The notes under the pieces: model-generated
Told to the model about the DNA's origin: nothing
What the model saw: the letters and a program-made list of their open reading frames with translations, nothing else
Database searches by the model: none
Position numbers and translations under genes: made by a program
Part shown: positions 28,445 to 42,700 of the stretch, piece by piece
Layout: each line of letters begins with the position of its first letter
Numbering within the stretch: the first letter of the stretch is position 1
Source of the DNA: Nymphaea colorata
Taxonomy: Eukaryota
Direction: 5' to 3'
NCBI RefSeq assembly: GCF_008831285.2
Contig: NC_045138.2
Coordinates: 4,960,001-5,024,000, forward strand
Length of the DNA: 64,000 nucleotides

Positions 28445-31400
28445 CTATAAGGCTTTCTGATCCAGTCTCTCGTTCCAGTTCAAGCAACGGATCAAGCTTC
28501 GGAACCAGTCACCTGTTTGATCACATTTGTTCACAGTTGGCAATGGGTGCTCACTCATGAATATCTTTACAGAGTCTCCCCTTGAAAGCTGCTGTCTTCT
28601 CTTCCCATCAAAGGAAACCCAAGCATTACTTCTAGCATCTTCAGGTATCTGCATTATTCAAATAGTAAAACTGAGACATCCCACATGCAAGAGCCAACAC
28701 AAGTATTTATGATCAGCCGTTAGTAGAAGAATTGCAAGAACACCAGATATCTATCTACCAGAAACCACAAGAAATTGAAGCTAGAACTTACACATAGGGC
28801 TGTCAATTACTTTGAGAACTACATTTTCTTTCTTTACAATGTAATCTGTTTTTTAAAAAACTCAGTTGCATGAACCATGCTCAATAGGAAGACATGCCAT
28901 CGTAACGTATAGACCCTGGACACTTGGACCTCATTAACTTCTGAAAATCAGCATGCTCAGATTTTGGCAGTTGCAGCTGAAGAGAATGTTGATGCATTTC
29001 ATGAGCATTTGTGTACGATAGTGTTAAAATCCTTAGCTCTTGTTAGTTTTGAATAAATGTAATCTCTATCTCCAAAACATTTTCATAGTTGTGACATGCG
29101 GTCTGTGTGTGTGTGAGTGTGTGTGTGACTGCACCTCTAAATCTTCTGCGTAGATGATTATGATGTTATAGCCATCAATTTCTTGTGTCATTTTCATTGA
29201 TGACATTACTAAAAACCAGCATTTTGGACATGAATCATATACAATCAAGGGATTCAAAAATTTGAAAGCCCCTAAGTGCTTCTGATGGTAGCAGCTTGGT
29301 GACAATTTAACAATGAAACTAAGCTACAAGCTCCTTTTCCTAAAACACATGAATAGAATAAGATAACAAAGAAGAGGGTCCGGTACACATTAATATAATA
29401 AGATAACAAAGAAGAGGGTCCGGTAAACACATAAACAAGACGAGTCTCTTATGCTTAAAAGTGAGTTCAAAAAGACTTCAGGGTGGTAGCTCAAAACTTT
29501 ATATGCATCTCAAGCACAAATCAATGTTTAAATTCCATTGCAGAAAGCTTCCCAATTACAATTATGAAAATTGTGTACATGGTAACAGTATTAACAGAAG
29601 TAAACTTCAACCCCAGCTTAACCTTGCATCATTTTGAATATTATTGTGTTACATAAAGAACATCATCATCACCTAGAATATTAGAAAGTTTAACCATGCT
29701 GTGTTTGATAAAGTACCGGTATTGCCTCCAGCAAATTGTTGCACAACCCTAATCATATGAGGCCATCTCATGACATATACTAGGGAAACTCCAAAACTCT
29801 CTTTGTAAGAATGAATAAAAGTAACAGGAGAATGAAAAAAATGAGGATGCTATCATTTTCCAGCCAACATAGGTAAAGAACGTGAATCAGTTACAAAGGA
29901 ACCTACTGATTGAAAGTGAAGTACTTAAAGCATGAAGAGAGGTTAAACGTTAGGAAGGCAAGAAGGGCGAAGATGAATAAGTGCCACCTGTAAACTATAA
30001 CATATTAGAGCCAAATTCACATCACATCAAGATATCCCGGTCACTACTTGTTCAGATTCAAAGACCAAAGCATTTATACCGGGAGTCCATGAATGGCAAC
30101 TTACAATAGCCAAATGTAACACAAATCAGGAAGCCAAAAATAGAAAGCTTGAGAAAGTTAAATACTGGAAACTGAAGACAGTATAGTCAGTTGGAGAAAT
30201 GGATAGCCAGAAGAACTCATCCTGAAGCTCCTTTGCACTAGAAATTATCCATTACATGCTGTATCTATCTTTAAATTTCACTCTTTCATAATATGTCTCA
30301 CTAGATTCTATTTTTCCAAAGGAACATTAGCCATTGGTACCATAACTCTAAGGTCAACTAGGATGAAAGATCAGCAGAAAAAGATGTTTTTGCAGAGAAA
30401 AATGAATTTTGTGCATCAAAACCATTAGTAACCAGCATGACATCTCATGTATCAACTGCCTAAACTTTTCATTTCAATATCTTAAAGGCATTAACATCAA
30501 TAAATGACAAGTATGTGACTATGGAAGTTATATTTGCAGAGGAGAAAAACGAACAGTTCCAAGAAAAATAAAATGAAACAACAGTGCATATCAAAGATAT
30601 TTAAAAAGAAAAAAGGTTTGATAAATAAAACAGCACGCCTACTTTTAGCTCAAGCCTTGCAGAATCTGGAAGTATAACAGGCCTAAATGACAGGGAGTGT
30701 GGACAGATAGGCGTAAACAGCATACATGGAACATTAGGATGCACCTGCATATCAAATAGGTACAAGTAATCAGAACATGACAACAAACACTAACAAACAG
30801 GACTTGGAAAAAAACTGGCTTTCATAGTATTTCAACCCCTCCTTCTGAATGTCATCAACTTGTCTGGAAAGGCAAAAATTGAATGCTTAGTGGACATTTT
30901 CCTAGGTAAAGTAGAATGTAGAACCAACCGGGAGGAAGGACAAGTTATCTAATCAGTCCCCTCTTCATGTTGGTGCACATCTCAGCACATGCACATGGTG
31001 CTTCTAACTTGCAGTTTCCTAAGCACAAAGACAGATTTCCAAAGTGTCCAGCATGTAAGCTAAGAAACACACCAAGAATCAACAGAAAAAACTATTCATT
31101 AAAAAAATCACTAAATCTTTGAAACAAGTGAGCCACACTAAGCCATGAAAAGTCAACATTTCTCGCCATGAGTGTCATGCTATGTCTCCATAAAAATTCA
31201 CAAAGATAAGAAATGTTCCCCATCTTGTAGTGACTTCCAACCAGAGATTTAGAGTGGAGCCCCACAAATCCGACAATTCTTGCATATCTCAACTTAGGAT
31301 CCTATAACACACTGGATGGAAAGAGAATCATGTAAAGAGCTTCTCAGCAGTGACAGGCACCATTAACTACTATTTCAGTGCATTCTAATTGTCTATGCAA

Positions 31401-34400
31401 GAAATTCATAATGTCAAGCATCTTTCTAGGTTTTTGCTTCTTTTTCACAAAATGCAATGAGTTTCACCTGGTTTTCAATGTACCAATTTAAGAAAATATA
31501 ATTTTTCGATCACAGGAAAAAATTAAACTGAAGAACTAAAATAGGCAAAACAATATACACATTATGCACTTTTTTTATCCCTTCTTCACCAGTAAGCCAA
31601 CTTAAATTCATGAGGAAAACCTAGGGATCAAAGCAAAGAAAGAAAATTTCAGTAGAATCCTAACCATAGAACCTCCTGCTGCAGTGGAGTAAGCAGTACT
31701 CCCAGTTGGTGTGGCTATGATGACTCCGTCACCTTGCACCTGGGAGGAAAAAAGAACCAAATATGAATTAGGTACCCAAGTAAAAGAAAAGAGGAGCAAG
31801 TAAAAACCTAGTTTTTGTAATTTTTTTGGCCAAGCAAAAAGGATAATCATGATTCATAACAACCGACAAAACTAGCTACATACCTTAGTTATAAGCCTGT
31901 CATGCTCATAACATTCAATTTTAGAAAGGTATGGATTAGAACCACGATCAACAACAACTTCATTCAGGACATCAAATATCTTCCCAGGCAGTGCTTTTCC
32001 ATTTCGGAAAATCTCACATCTGAGCCGCATGCGAAGAGTAATATAAACTCCTTCCATGGTGTGGTTTCCATGTATGACTGCCCTCAGATCCCGCTTATAA
32101 TCTTCAAACTGTGCACCCAAATAATTACATACTGAGAAAAAAAAATTCTATATAAAATGCACAGACCATAAAGGTTTGGAACCTTACAGTATGTGATGTA
32201 AGAAATCCAAGAGACCCAAGATTAAACGAGACAACGGGAGGAACAGCATCCCTGAATAAATTGGATGCGTGCAATATAACGCCATCTCCCCCTAAACATG
32301 CAACGAAATCAACTCTTTCATGAAGGTCACTGCATTAAAGGCAGGGGGTTAGCCAAGCAATGGATTCAACAAAAAAAGTCCTTTTTTTCTGGCAGGAATA
32401 TCTCTTCACCTGGTATCTTGTATATAAAAAGTCTGAACAAATCCAAATCCAGGGATTCTTGCAAATACATCATGCAGATCAGGTTCCACAAGAACATTCA
32501 TTTTCTCTTGATAATGCAGAAAAGTTGCCACCTATAAATTAAACATTATAGTGCTAAAATTAGTGGAAACTGGGACAATAAAGAACCAAATTATCACAGA
32601 TGGCATTCACAGCAAGCAGTTCAATGACCGTCTGGACAAACTAGACCATAGTCAGCCTGTGACACAAGTAATTCAGCAGAACAGTATTCATCAAATTAGT
32701 GGAAACTGGGACAATAAAGAACCAAATTATCATGGACTGGCATTCATAGCATGCAGTTCAATGACAGTCAGGAAAAACTAGTCAGCCTGTGACACAAATA
32801 ATTCAGCAGAACAGTATTCATCATAAGAATGATAAACATTTCCATTGTTGCAACTCATCAGAGACTGTGCTGCTTGGTCATGGATATGGGTGTCGACGTT
32901 GGATAAGGGTATGAACTGCTGAATACATCAAGCTTTTGAAAATTAGGTACTTGACACCTATGTCACATGGCTGCGGCTAGCTCAAATGGTTCCAATGGCT
33001 AGCTCATTCATGCTCACCCTTGTGCATTTTTGTGTTGCTCAAGCTCTTTGAGAATAGTCTATCAAGTGCATTACTGGGATTTGCTTCTGCGAATTTGTGA
33101 ACTTTTTTACTAGTACCTGTTTGGCTTCTTCCATGAGCTCGTCTCCTAACTTCTTCAACAATAAAACAGTCTTTGGAGATGATTTCCACATAAGCATCTG
33201 TTGCTGGGTACTAGGATGCGTAAAGGCTAGTGAAGATTCTGTCACTTTTTCCCTTGTGCAAGAGAATCCATCCGTTCGAACCAGGAACATCTCTGCCTTC
33301 TTCCTTGACTGAATCCTTACAACTCCAGTTGTTGAAGCACACATGTTCCCATTAACCTCCAAACCATCAATTTTTGATGGCAATGCCACGGATGAGTTTT
33401 CAGTTCGATCTTTCGATGCAACAGATGCTATGTCCTTTCTTGGATCATCTGTTACAATGCTGGTTGTTTGACCAGAATTGGCATGACCATTTCCCTCACT
33501 AAAAGCAGAGAAGCTATTAGGTGGAGCTTTCTCAATGCTGTTATAGACACCATCAAGACCAGAAGACAAATTTATATCTCCAACAGCACCATTTGAAGCC
33601 TCAGGATTAGCATGCTTTAACTGACTCTGACTTTTCCTACGTGCACGGCTAGTTCTTGCAGATGACCAGTCAACTCTGCTTTTTTGGAGATCAAGAAAAC
33701 TTCTTGGAGATATTTTTTGGCTCTTAATAAAATTAGACATTTCTCTCTTTGAAAAAATATTGCAAGTTGGAACCTGAGTCTTAAATGGGTCAACTTCCCA
33801 ATGATATTTTTCATCACTTTCAACAGAAATAGTAGCACCAGCATCATTAGCAGGTTTGCCATTATAACCATTAACTGCCTCGCTTTCACCCTGATAATCA
33901 AGGATGGAAGGTCCTTGTTCATGCAAACTTTCTGTGGGGACAAGAATGGTGTCTGCATGCTTTTCCACTGAACCATTTTCTGATTCCATTGTGTTTCCAA
34001 GGCCTTCTTTGGAGAAAACATTTCTACTGTGTCCATTTGACGTCTCAGTTGTGTCAGCATACGTGGATGAAGAAGTAGTCAGACTATGAAAAGATGATGT
34101 TGAGCGGGTGGTATACTGCCTCCACCTTGAGACCATAGCAGCAGTTCTCCAAACTCCTTCTTGACTGTGGACATAGAGTGGCCTACTACTGGAATCTGAT
34201 ACTAAAGATGCAAACTCCTCAACCTGATCCATTGATGGTGCTTTTCCAACTTCAACAGGAAATTTCACCAGCCTGATTTTTCCACACGAAACAGCAAGCT
34301 GGAGAGAATCTTGATAATCATCGTCAAGCACATTTTCTGCCCTAAGGTCTACAATTGTCTTGAATCCCTTGTCTATTAGCCACTTTAGACCTTCGTCTGT

Positions 34401-35913
34401 TACCTGACCACCTTTCCAAAAAGATACTTCAGACTCTTCAATGTCAATATCATCCTTCCTGGTAGACAAGTGAACAGGGGTCCAATTTGCAAATAATGCT
34501 TGAGAAGGGGAATCATCGGCCCTAGGAAATCCTGCATCGTAGCAGACATTCTTCAACCTCTGTAATCTTCTCCATATATAGCTTCTCTGGTTTTCAAAAG
34601 CTGAAAAATAGAGCTCAAGAGCTCCCTGCAAATTTTTGGTGCACCTTTTCATTTCACCTCTGAACATTGCAAGAGGTGGAACTTTACCATCCAAGACATT
34701 CACATCTGAAGCTTGAAATGAGACCATAGCAGCAGATCTTCCTGCAAGAACATCTTCTCTCGCCCTGTTAAGTAGGGCTGCAATGCATCCTAAAGCAACT
34801 GCGACATTCTCTTCCAGCAATGGTAATTCGCTAGATGCAGTCTTATAAGAAACTGCACATTCCCCTGTTTCTGGGTTGCATAGGATTTCCATTATAGCGC
34901 TATGAAGCTGCTCTGCTGCTCTGAATATTCGACAGAATGCCTCGACTTCAGCAAGATCCCCAGGAAGAGGGCCAACCCACAACAGTTGGGAAAAGTCTGT
35001 AGGGTAAAAGTTCTGAATGGCATGCAAAAAAGAAGTTTAAATTCATCATGTCAGTCACAAGAAACTCCGTGCGTCTGGATTGCCATTCTCATAAACATAA
35101 AATCCAAACAAAGACTTTTTTGTCACTCAACTAGGATAAGTGCAAAATTTTAAACAAGAAAAGAAACAGAACTGACAACTTCCGAACAAATAACATGTTG
35201 AAGAAAACCAAAAAAATAAGGCGACTTATTGATAGAAAACAGTGTCCAACAATTCGAGATCGTAAGCGACAACTTTCTTTCGAGGCACGAATTGGAACAG
35301 CAAGAGATGAAGTTACGAAAATGCATCAAAAGGTTAAACCTTCCCAAGATTGAAGGAAGAAACTTCTTTGCCGCCAAAATAACACTATAATGACATTTTT
35401 GCTTAACATAGACGGCGACCATTGACTAATATCAAAGCCAAATGAACAAAACTACGGATTCTGTCCTGCATCAACACTAAGGGACGGCTTAATTTCTTGA
35501 AGAACATCTAACAATATTTCCCATTATCACGAGCTTTAAACTCAGAATGACAAAAAACAAGAACTTAGTAACTAAGACAAATATCGAAACCCATCTTCAC
35601 AAAAAACAGAAAAAGAGCAGGAAGCAAGAAAATTATACGAAGTATTGAAACAATTTTAACAAAATGTACCAGAAATGAGCAAAACTTTCACCTGAGAGTC
35701 CAACTCCACAAGAGAAGCAATGGAACTGGACGCTCCCGATTCAGCAGTTGATTTCAGCCGATACCCACCTTTCCTCCACCGAACAACCGTCGGATTATGC
35801 AGTTTCCCGAGAGGCGGCAACTTGAAGGAGCCATAGTTCAACTCAACGGCGACCCGCCGGCCCCTGAGGCTAAGAAAGCAGTAGAAAGAAGGGGAACAGC
35901 TGCATGCAAGCAT
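28445..35913 (-). CDS. NADK2: Chloroplast NAD kinase 2, about 995 aa, 8 coding exons
   Basis: Exons: 35913-35692, 35012-33117, 32531-32410, 32329-32188, 32108-31884, 31739-31665, 30744-30643, 28648-28445 (total 2988 nt, in frame, all GT-AG). NADK motifs [55 protein letters not shown]2-specific N-terminal region [27 protein letters not shown]-terminus [12 protein letters not shown]. Confidence 0.96.
32557..32822. repeat. Tandem duplication, 2 x about 130-136 bp, in NADK2 intron 2
   Basis: aaattagtggaaactgggacaataaagaaccaaattatca...tagtcagcctgtgacaca..aattcagcagaacagtattcatca occurs twice. Confidence 0.85.
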
Positions 35914-36152
35914 CGCCAAGAATAGAAGAGCCAAACTAACCAGCAACAAATTCGTTCAGCCCCGCGAGAAAATCTAATAGCCTATATCGACTCGTCCATC
36001 GGATCTTTTTCCGCTCCTGATCTTCTTCTAAAAATTCTTCGTTTCTCTCCCTCTTGTTCTTTTCTTTCGTTGTCTCCCTATCCGGCTTGTAAGGATAAAA
36101 GATTTTTCCCTCTAACTTGAAAGGTCCCCTACTTCACTAATATCACGAAATC

Positions 36153-36208
36153 GCCACGTCCCGGTCAAAGGACCAAGATCATGGCGCATTCTCACATGAA
36201 CCCACGTC
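36153..36208. promoter_or_regulatory. Paired ACGT (ABRE / C-G hybrid box) elements upstream of NADK2
   Basis: gccacgtc (36153-36160, reads GACGTGGC on the gene strand) and cccacgtc (36201-36208), 240-295 bp upstream of the ATG. Confidence 0.45.
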
Positions 36209-36669
36209 TGGTTCGGGCCACCGTTGACTTTTTTTTCCCTTGTTTAATACTTAAAGTTCATTTTGCGACCCCAAATGGTCCGGTCAAACTCGAGCTTGAT
36301 TCTAGTGAGCTTTAGCACTGACTGACAACAGATCGGCCATAGTTCTTTAAAAAAGGTGCAGGTAATGGTGGACCAAGTTGCAGAGCTCAGTCAACATCGA
36401 GCAAGATTCATTCAGGGGAAGGAAGCCAATTGATTTGAATGCTTTCAAGTGAATTCTGTGTTGGTTCATAAAGAGAAAGCAGTAAAGGTACCCAGCCAAC
36501 CTCACAAACATGGGCTGACCTTATTAGTTAGGTAGATCTGATCGTCCAGTCAAACTTTGAATGTTAGAACTCAAGACAAGAACCAGCATTCATCTTCATT
36601 AACTGTTGTTTTGGGGGCAGATATATAGAGAGAGAACTGCTTCTTCTTTTTTATTGGCTATTTTTTTTA

Positions 36670-38330
36670 GGCATAGCACAGTCGAGCTCAACTCAACTTA
36701 GAAAACTCGAACTCGACTCATTTAACTTGTTTAACTCGTTTATATTAGGCATGTCTTGTTTTTTTTAACTCAGTTAACCCAAGCAACTCATTGAACTTGA
36801 TTAATTTGTTTAGTTGCCACTCTTTTAATTATTTTCCCATTATAATTCAATATTTATCATGCCATCAAGCCGAGTAGAATTCTTATAATTTGAACTGGAC
36901 TCCTTTAACATTTTGAGTTTATATTTGAGCTTTAGTTCAACTTGTTTATAAACCAGTCGAGTTCGAGTCTAGCTCTTTTTAATGGCGGATTGTTTACCTC
37001 GCACTTATCTAATTTTTAAAATAAGTAAATCTTTTTTTTTTCAAAGCGATGTTGTGATCCCCACAGGGCCAGTGGTGGTACCTTGTAAATCTTACAAAAT
37101 ATTTGGATAGTTTAATGAACAATCATTGAATATTATTATCGAATGAAAGAAAAATAAACTTATTGATATAAAACAAGCTTTATTGATGACGTGAAATAAG
37201 AATTGAGAAAATTTAAACAAAAATTGTGTTCTAGGAATTTTCTCGTTCCAAATTCACGTGCTTGTGGACAGCATTTTTCTTAAGGGTTCGGTGGGTCATG
37301 CAAGAATTGCTGCCGTTGCTTGTGCCCAACGGATATAATCCTGTCCTTGTTTTTCTTTGTTTTTTTTGGGAGATGTAGATAATATCCCCGGAGTTCCATC
37401 CAAACATGGGATACCAATGAGATGTGATGTCAAGTTCCCACCTGCGCATTTCCAAAATCAGATAAGAAACCCCATGGTGGAACCGGTTCCAAAGCATGAT
37501 CCAGATTGCTTTATGTTATTTCCTGATTGACTTAATTGGCATCTAAAATCATGACTAATATAGTTGAACCCTTATCTGTGAAACCCTAATCTGTATGAAT
37601 GTACGTCGAGCCGAGCTTGAGCTTGGTCAGTTCCAGCCTAGCTCGAGTCACGTATAGGGGTAAACAACCAGTCAATCTACTCAAGACTCATTAAAGGTCG
37701 GCTAGTGAATGAGTTTGAGCAGAGTTATTTACTTAATGAGTCGAACTCGAGCTCATGAGTCGACTCGTTCAAATAATTGAGTTGAGTTCGAGTTCATTGA
37801 ACTCGAACTGTTAAAGCTCATTCAATTTTGTCGAGCCTTAATCGAGTTGAGCTCAATTTATGGCAAAGTAATAGTTCATATATTCAAACAAGTTTGTCGA
37901 GCCTTAATCGAGTAGAGTTCGAACTCAACACGTAACTACTGAATTGAGCTCGAGCTGGCTGAACTCAGGCTCAACTTGGCTCGTGTTCACCCCTAATAAC
38001 ATATTGTTTGGCACGAGCTCCAATCGAGCTTTATGAGGTGAGCTCAAGCTCAACTCGGTAAACTGTGTCTAACCTCGAGCTCCACTCATTTACACTCGTG
38101 TCACTTGATTCATATATTCTTTTTTCTGTAAATAAAAATAAAAACCACAAAAATGGTAGTAAACTTCATCAATAATTATCAACATGCCTCTAAAGATTAA
38201 TAAACAAGGAAGATACAAATTGAGTCGAGTTTAAACAAGTTGAGCCCGTGTAGATCGTACTCGGCCTGTTTATAACTTGAATTGTAACCCAAGCTTGAGC
38301 TAGACTCCTTTATTAAACTAGTCGTTTCTA
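36670..38330. mobile_element. Cluster of GAGCTCGA-rich hAT MITE copies and fragments (about 36670-36975, and 37655-37995 lying within 37595-38330)
   Basis: Same repeated motifs as the 4956, 5755 and 46411 copies. 37655-37995 has taggggtaaac...gttcaccccta ends and is the reverse complement of 46411-46876. Confidence 0.7.
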
Positions 38331-38932
38331 GTATGATCAATTTATACATCCAACACAAGTGACCAAAATACGTGAAAATGGTGGTAAAACCTTGGCCACC
38401 ACAAGAAGTGATGCCCACTAAAATCAAATTCTAATGGCAGTTGGAGAGTTTTTTTTTAAGTTGATATGAAAAAAAAAACTAGGTTTTGATATAATAGAGC
38501 AAGTCCTTTTATATTATTCATATTTTTAATTATATTTTATAAGTCTTAGATTCCCTAAAAATCATTGAGATGAAAAAATGTCATGATATAGTGTTTGATA
38601 GGCGCACGGCCTCCGTAGAGGATAGATCTGGCATAGCGTGAATTTGAAATCCGAGGCTATGTGCTCTTTCTTCACTAATATTTAACATAACTGGCTCTAT
38701 AAGGTCAAAATAGCTACAAAGACTTGTACATGAAGTAAAAGCTATCTCACCAGTCAAACATTAATTTATCAAAAAGTGGCTTTACAAAGTGTGGATGAAA
38801 CTTATCCATACAAGCAAAGCAACAAATGTAGGTCATTATCTTGTGGATGACTGGATAATAAATAACGATACAATTTGTCACATCGCAGGTGATGTTAGTT
38901 TTATGGTCAAGATATGCCCATAGACAAGTGGA

Positions 38933-39114
38933 GAGAGGCGGAGCCAGAAATTTTTTATGAAACGGGTCGAACTAAAGTTTCTAAAATTTACACAGGCCGA
39001 AATATCAATTTTCAAAATTTTTATATATGACAAGTAAAATTTTACATATAATTTTTTAAAATTTTTTTTTGAGCTGGGACTAGGGGCCATGCGGTGCCCC
39101 TGGCTCCGCCCCTA
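38933..39114. mobile_element. Short hAT-type MITE (GGCGGAGCC-end family)
   Basis: TIR gaggcggagcc/ggctccgcccct; flanks aagtggag/gagtggag. Confidence 0.75.
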
Positions 39115-39741
39115 GAGTGGAGTGTGTCAAATGGTTGTTCAAATGTTTTGAATGGATAGAAAAGACAGACAAAACATGCTAGTACTTTGGAAAGATGAAA
39201 AGGCTTCAATGGTAAAAATATTTCATAAATATATTGTTTAGGTAAGACCACTAATCTGTTCTGTTTGCTACTAGATGAAGTTGTCTCGATAAGCCCCTAG
39301 ACATCACATTTCAGTTGAACCGGGGCGAATATATGTGGGGTTTCCCTTGGGTGTATACCCCCACAAAGGGTCTGACACTCTGACTTCCAGCGTTGTGCTG
39401 TGCGGCTCCCATGAAGGGGAAGGTCGGCCTACCACGGAAACTTTAATTTAATGGTTAAACTTAGGTGTACCTTAGTCCAGTTATATGGGACAATCCCAAG
39501 AGACCCGAATACACCGTTTCAAGGAGAGTTAAGATGAGAACTTTTTCTAATCTTACATCGTACTTTTCTTAAAAAGTAAAATGAGAATTTAAGCGGATTT
39601 TAAGCCTTCCAATACACAAAACTTTATTAAGATATGGAACTTTAGTTCAAAATTAATGGAAAGTTCAGCAACAAACAATAAACCTGGGCATCTGCCCAGC
39701 CCCATAAGGAGTCAAGCTCGGGCTGGCCTGACACTCGAAAC

Positions 39742-42700
39742 TGATAAATTCTACGGTTGCCATTACAAAGGAAAGGATACAGTCGGATACAACGGAACGG
39801 ATATACTAGATATTGTTTCCAAAAATCAAGAGCCATAAAAAACTAACGAATCTTCTCTAGATAAGGAAAAAATCATTTCCCTATCCACTCCTATAATCCA
39901 GCCCAAATCTTTCGTGTGAATTTAGATCCTAAAATCAAGGATAAAGTGACTATAAATATATATACTCTCTAGTGGCAATACAGAATATAGAAGAGAGAGT
40001 CTTTTGTGTGGATGTAGACTGATTTTAGCTGAACCACGTTACATTTGTGTGTTCTTCTCTTAAGTTGGTGTGTGCACTTCTTTTAACTTGGTATTCACCA
40101 CAACGGCATCAAAGTATTGCTGAACAGGGAGAATACTGACTCTTAATGGTGAGAAAATTAGTTGAAGTTGTCAACTCCTACCACCTTAGCTGTCGAGCAA
40201 GGGTTCAATAGAATTGTTTGCATTTGAGGATCAACTCTCTACAATCTCAGAATCTTTGGAGCAGCCGGCGAAGAGCGACCGATTTTAGAAGTTCCGCCCG
40301 TTTGCAGAAGAACACCTGCGATCACCGCCTCCTCTTTTCTAACAAGATCCTTCAGCATTGTTTCCACCGAAGGCCTTGCAACGTGAAATTGGACGTCCAA
40401 CATCTTCCAGGAGTCTCGCTTCCAATGGTCCAGTGCTCGACCGGAATCGACATCGGTGCCAGCCAGAATCGTTAGTTTTCTAGCCGCTCATTCTGTTGCA
40501 TCCCTTGTTCCTCATTCTTCATTCCTGTTGTTCCTACCTCCCATCATCTATCTCCCCAGTCTTTTCTTGCTCAGAACCGGCCGCCATTCTGCTACATTCC
40601 CTGTTCCTAAAGATTTTGAGAGGAGTTCTTGTGCTCGGGGCTATAGCTCTGCCATGGGAGAAGATTCAGTATAAAATGGCTGCATCATCTTCTTCTAGTG
40701 TCCCCCGAACTGCTCCTACTGCACCTAGTACACAATGGAATGCTTTCTCAAGTTTGATTTCAGTTAAGCTTGATCGATCAAATTATCTTCTTTAGCATTC
40801 TCAAATTAAAAGTGTTTTGAAAAGTTAAAATCTGATCAAGTATGTTAATGGAAAATGTTCGGATCCACCTGAATTTTGATGAAACACACACACAAAAAAA
40901 TCCTGCTTATGATTCATGGTATCATGAAGACCCTTGCATTAAGTTGGATCAAAGTCACTGTGACTTAGCCATTCATGTCACAACTGGTTCGTGTTGGCAT
41001 GGCTAGAGATGCTTGGTGCATCATTGAAAAACAATATGCCTCACAAAATAATCTTCGTATTATTCAACTGAAAAGAGAACTACAAAACATCAAGAAAGGA
41101 GGAACGTCTATGATTGATTACCTTCAACATATTAGTTTTTTACATGATTCTCTTAGCACCGTCCAACATTTTGTCTTAGATACAAATCTTGTTCTCTATA
41201 CTTTAAATGGACTGAGTTTTGAATATGAATCTTTCATCACCACAGTTATTGCATTTAAAGATTTGTGTTCATGATCTGAACTATATGATATGTTAATTAC
41301 TCAAGAGCAGCGACTTGGAATGCTTTCTTCACCCCAACTGGCTCAGGTTGAAGCTACAGCCACTGCCTTTATTACTGAACAGGGGCATGGGCATGCCTTT
41401 ATTGCCAGTCAAAGGCGTGGGCGTGGTAACTATAATAGTGGTAGGGGTAGAGGCCGTAATGGAAGAAGAGGAAACTATGGTCAAAATAATAATAATATTA
41501 GCAAGTTTAGCCAATGAGTAACTTGTCATTATTGTGGCAAAAGGAATCACATAGTTCAACGATGCTATGATATTCCAACAGCGTTTATGGCCATGGAACT
41601 CAACATGGGAAAATCTAACAATGCATCTAGTAGCCGAAAAACTGTCAACAGACTTAACTTGGTATCTAGACAAAGGTGCCTCCCACCATGTGACAGACTC
41701 ATATCAAGATATGGAAGATAGAGTTCTCTAACATGGATCTAAATTTTATTATAGTTAGCAATGGTAGTAAGATGTTAATTAAAAATATAGGGAATGTGTC
41801 CCTACCTATCAAAATGTCATCTTTTGTTTTAAAAAATGTGTTGCGTGCCCCTAAGTCACACAAGAATTTTATGTCAGTAACAATGTTTACCAAAGACAAT
41901 CAATGCTCTATTGAATTTTCTTTTAATGGTTTTATTGTTAAGAATATGTAGACGGGCAAGATCCTTCACACATGGCCGATTGAGAAATGAGGACTCTAAA
42001 GATGGATGAGAGAGAGAAAGGAATATGCAAGTAATCCTATCAGTATTGAAGATGATGGTCAATTAAAGACTACTAATACTTCTTTAGTTTCACAAAATTA
42101 TTGCTCAGATCTTCAGATATGGCTTTTACGTCTAGGATATGCTCATTTTCAGTTATTGAACTCATTGAAAGTTGCTAATTTAATTTTTGTTGATGACAAA
42201 CATAAATTGGATTTGTGTTCTTCATGTGTGCTTGGAAAATGCATAAGATTCATTTTCCTAAGTTTGAGTTTCATACGACCAAACCTCTTCAAGTGTTAAA
42301 TGCTGATCTTTGGGGGTCAGCACCATGTGCTTCGCAAGAAGGGTACATGTATTATTTCTTAATAGTTGATGACTACTCTTGCTTCTCATGGATTTTCCCC
42401 TTGTCAAATAAAAGTGATATGTTTCCATGTTTTAAAATTTTCTTAAGCATAGTAGAATGTCAACTTGAGACAAAAATGAAAATTTTTCATTCACATGGAG
42501 AAGGGGAGTTCATGGGCAAAGAATTTAACACATTTCTTGAACATCAAGGTAATAACATCTGGCACATCTCAACAGAATGGAATCGTAGAAAAAAAACATA
42601 GGCATCTTGTGGAAATGGGTCTTACCATGCTTATTCATGTCAGTATGCCACAAAAATTCTAGTTTGATGCTTTTAGAACAGTTGTTCATCATATTAACAG

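Noticed and set aside
13460..29430. Small two-copy direct repeats (about 13460, 21725 and 29357) considered as a CRISPR-like or regulatory array
   Set aside because: They are unrelated local slippage duplications in eukaryotic DNA, with no repeat-spacer periodicity.
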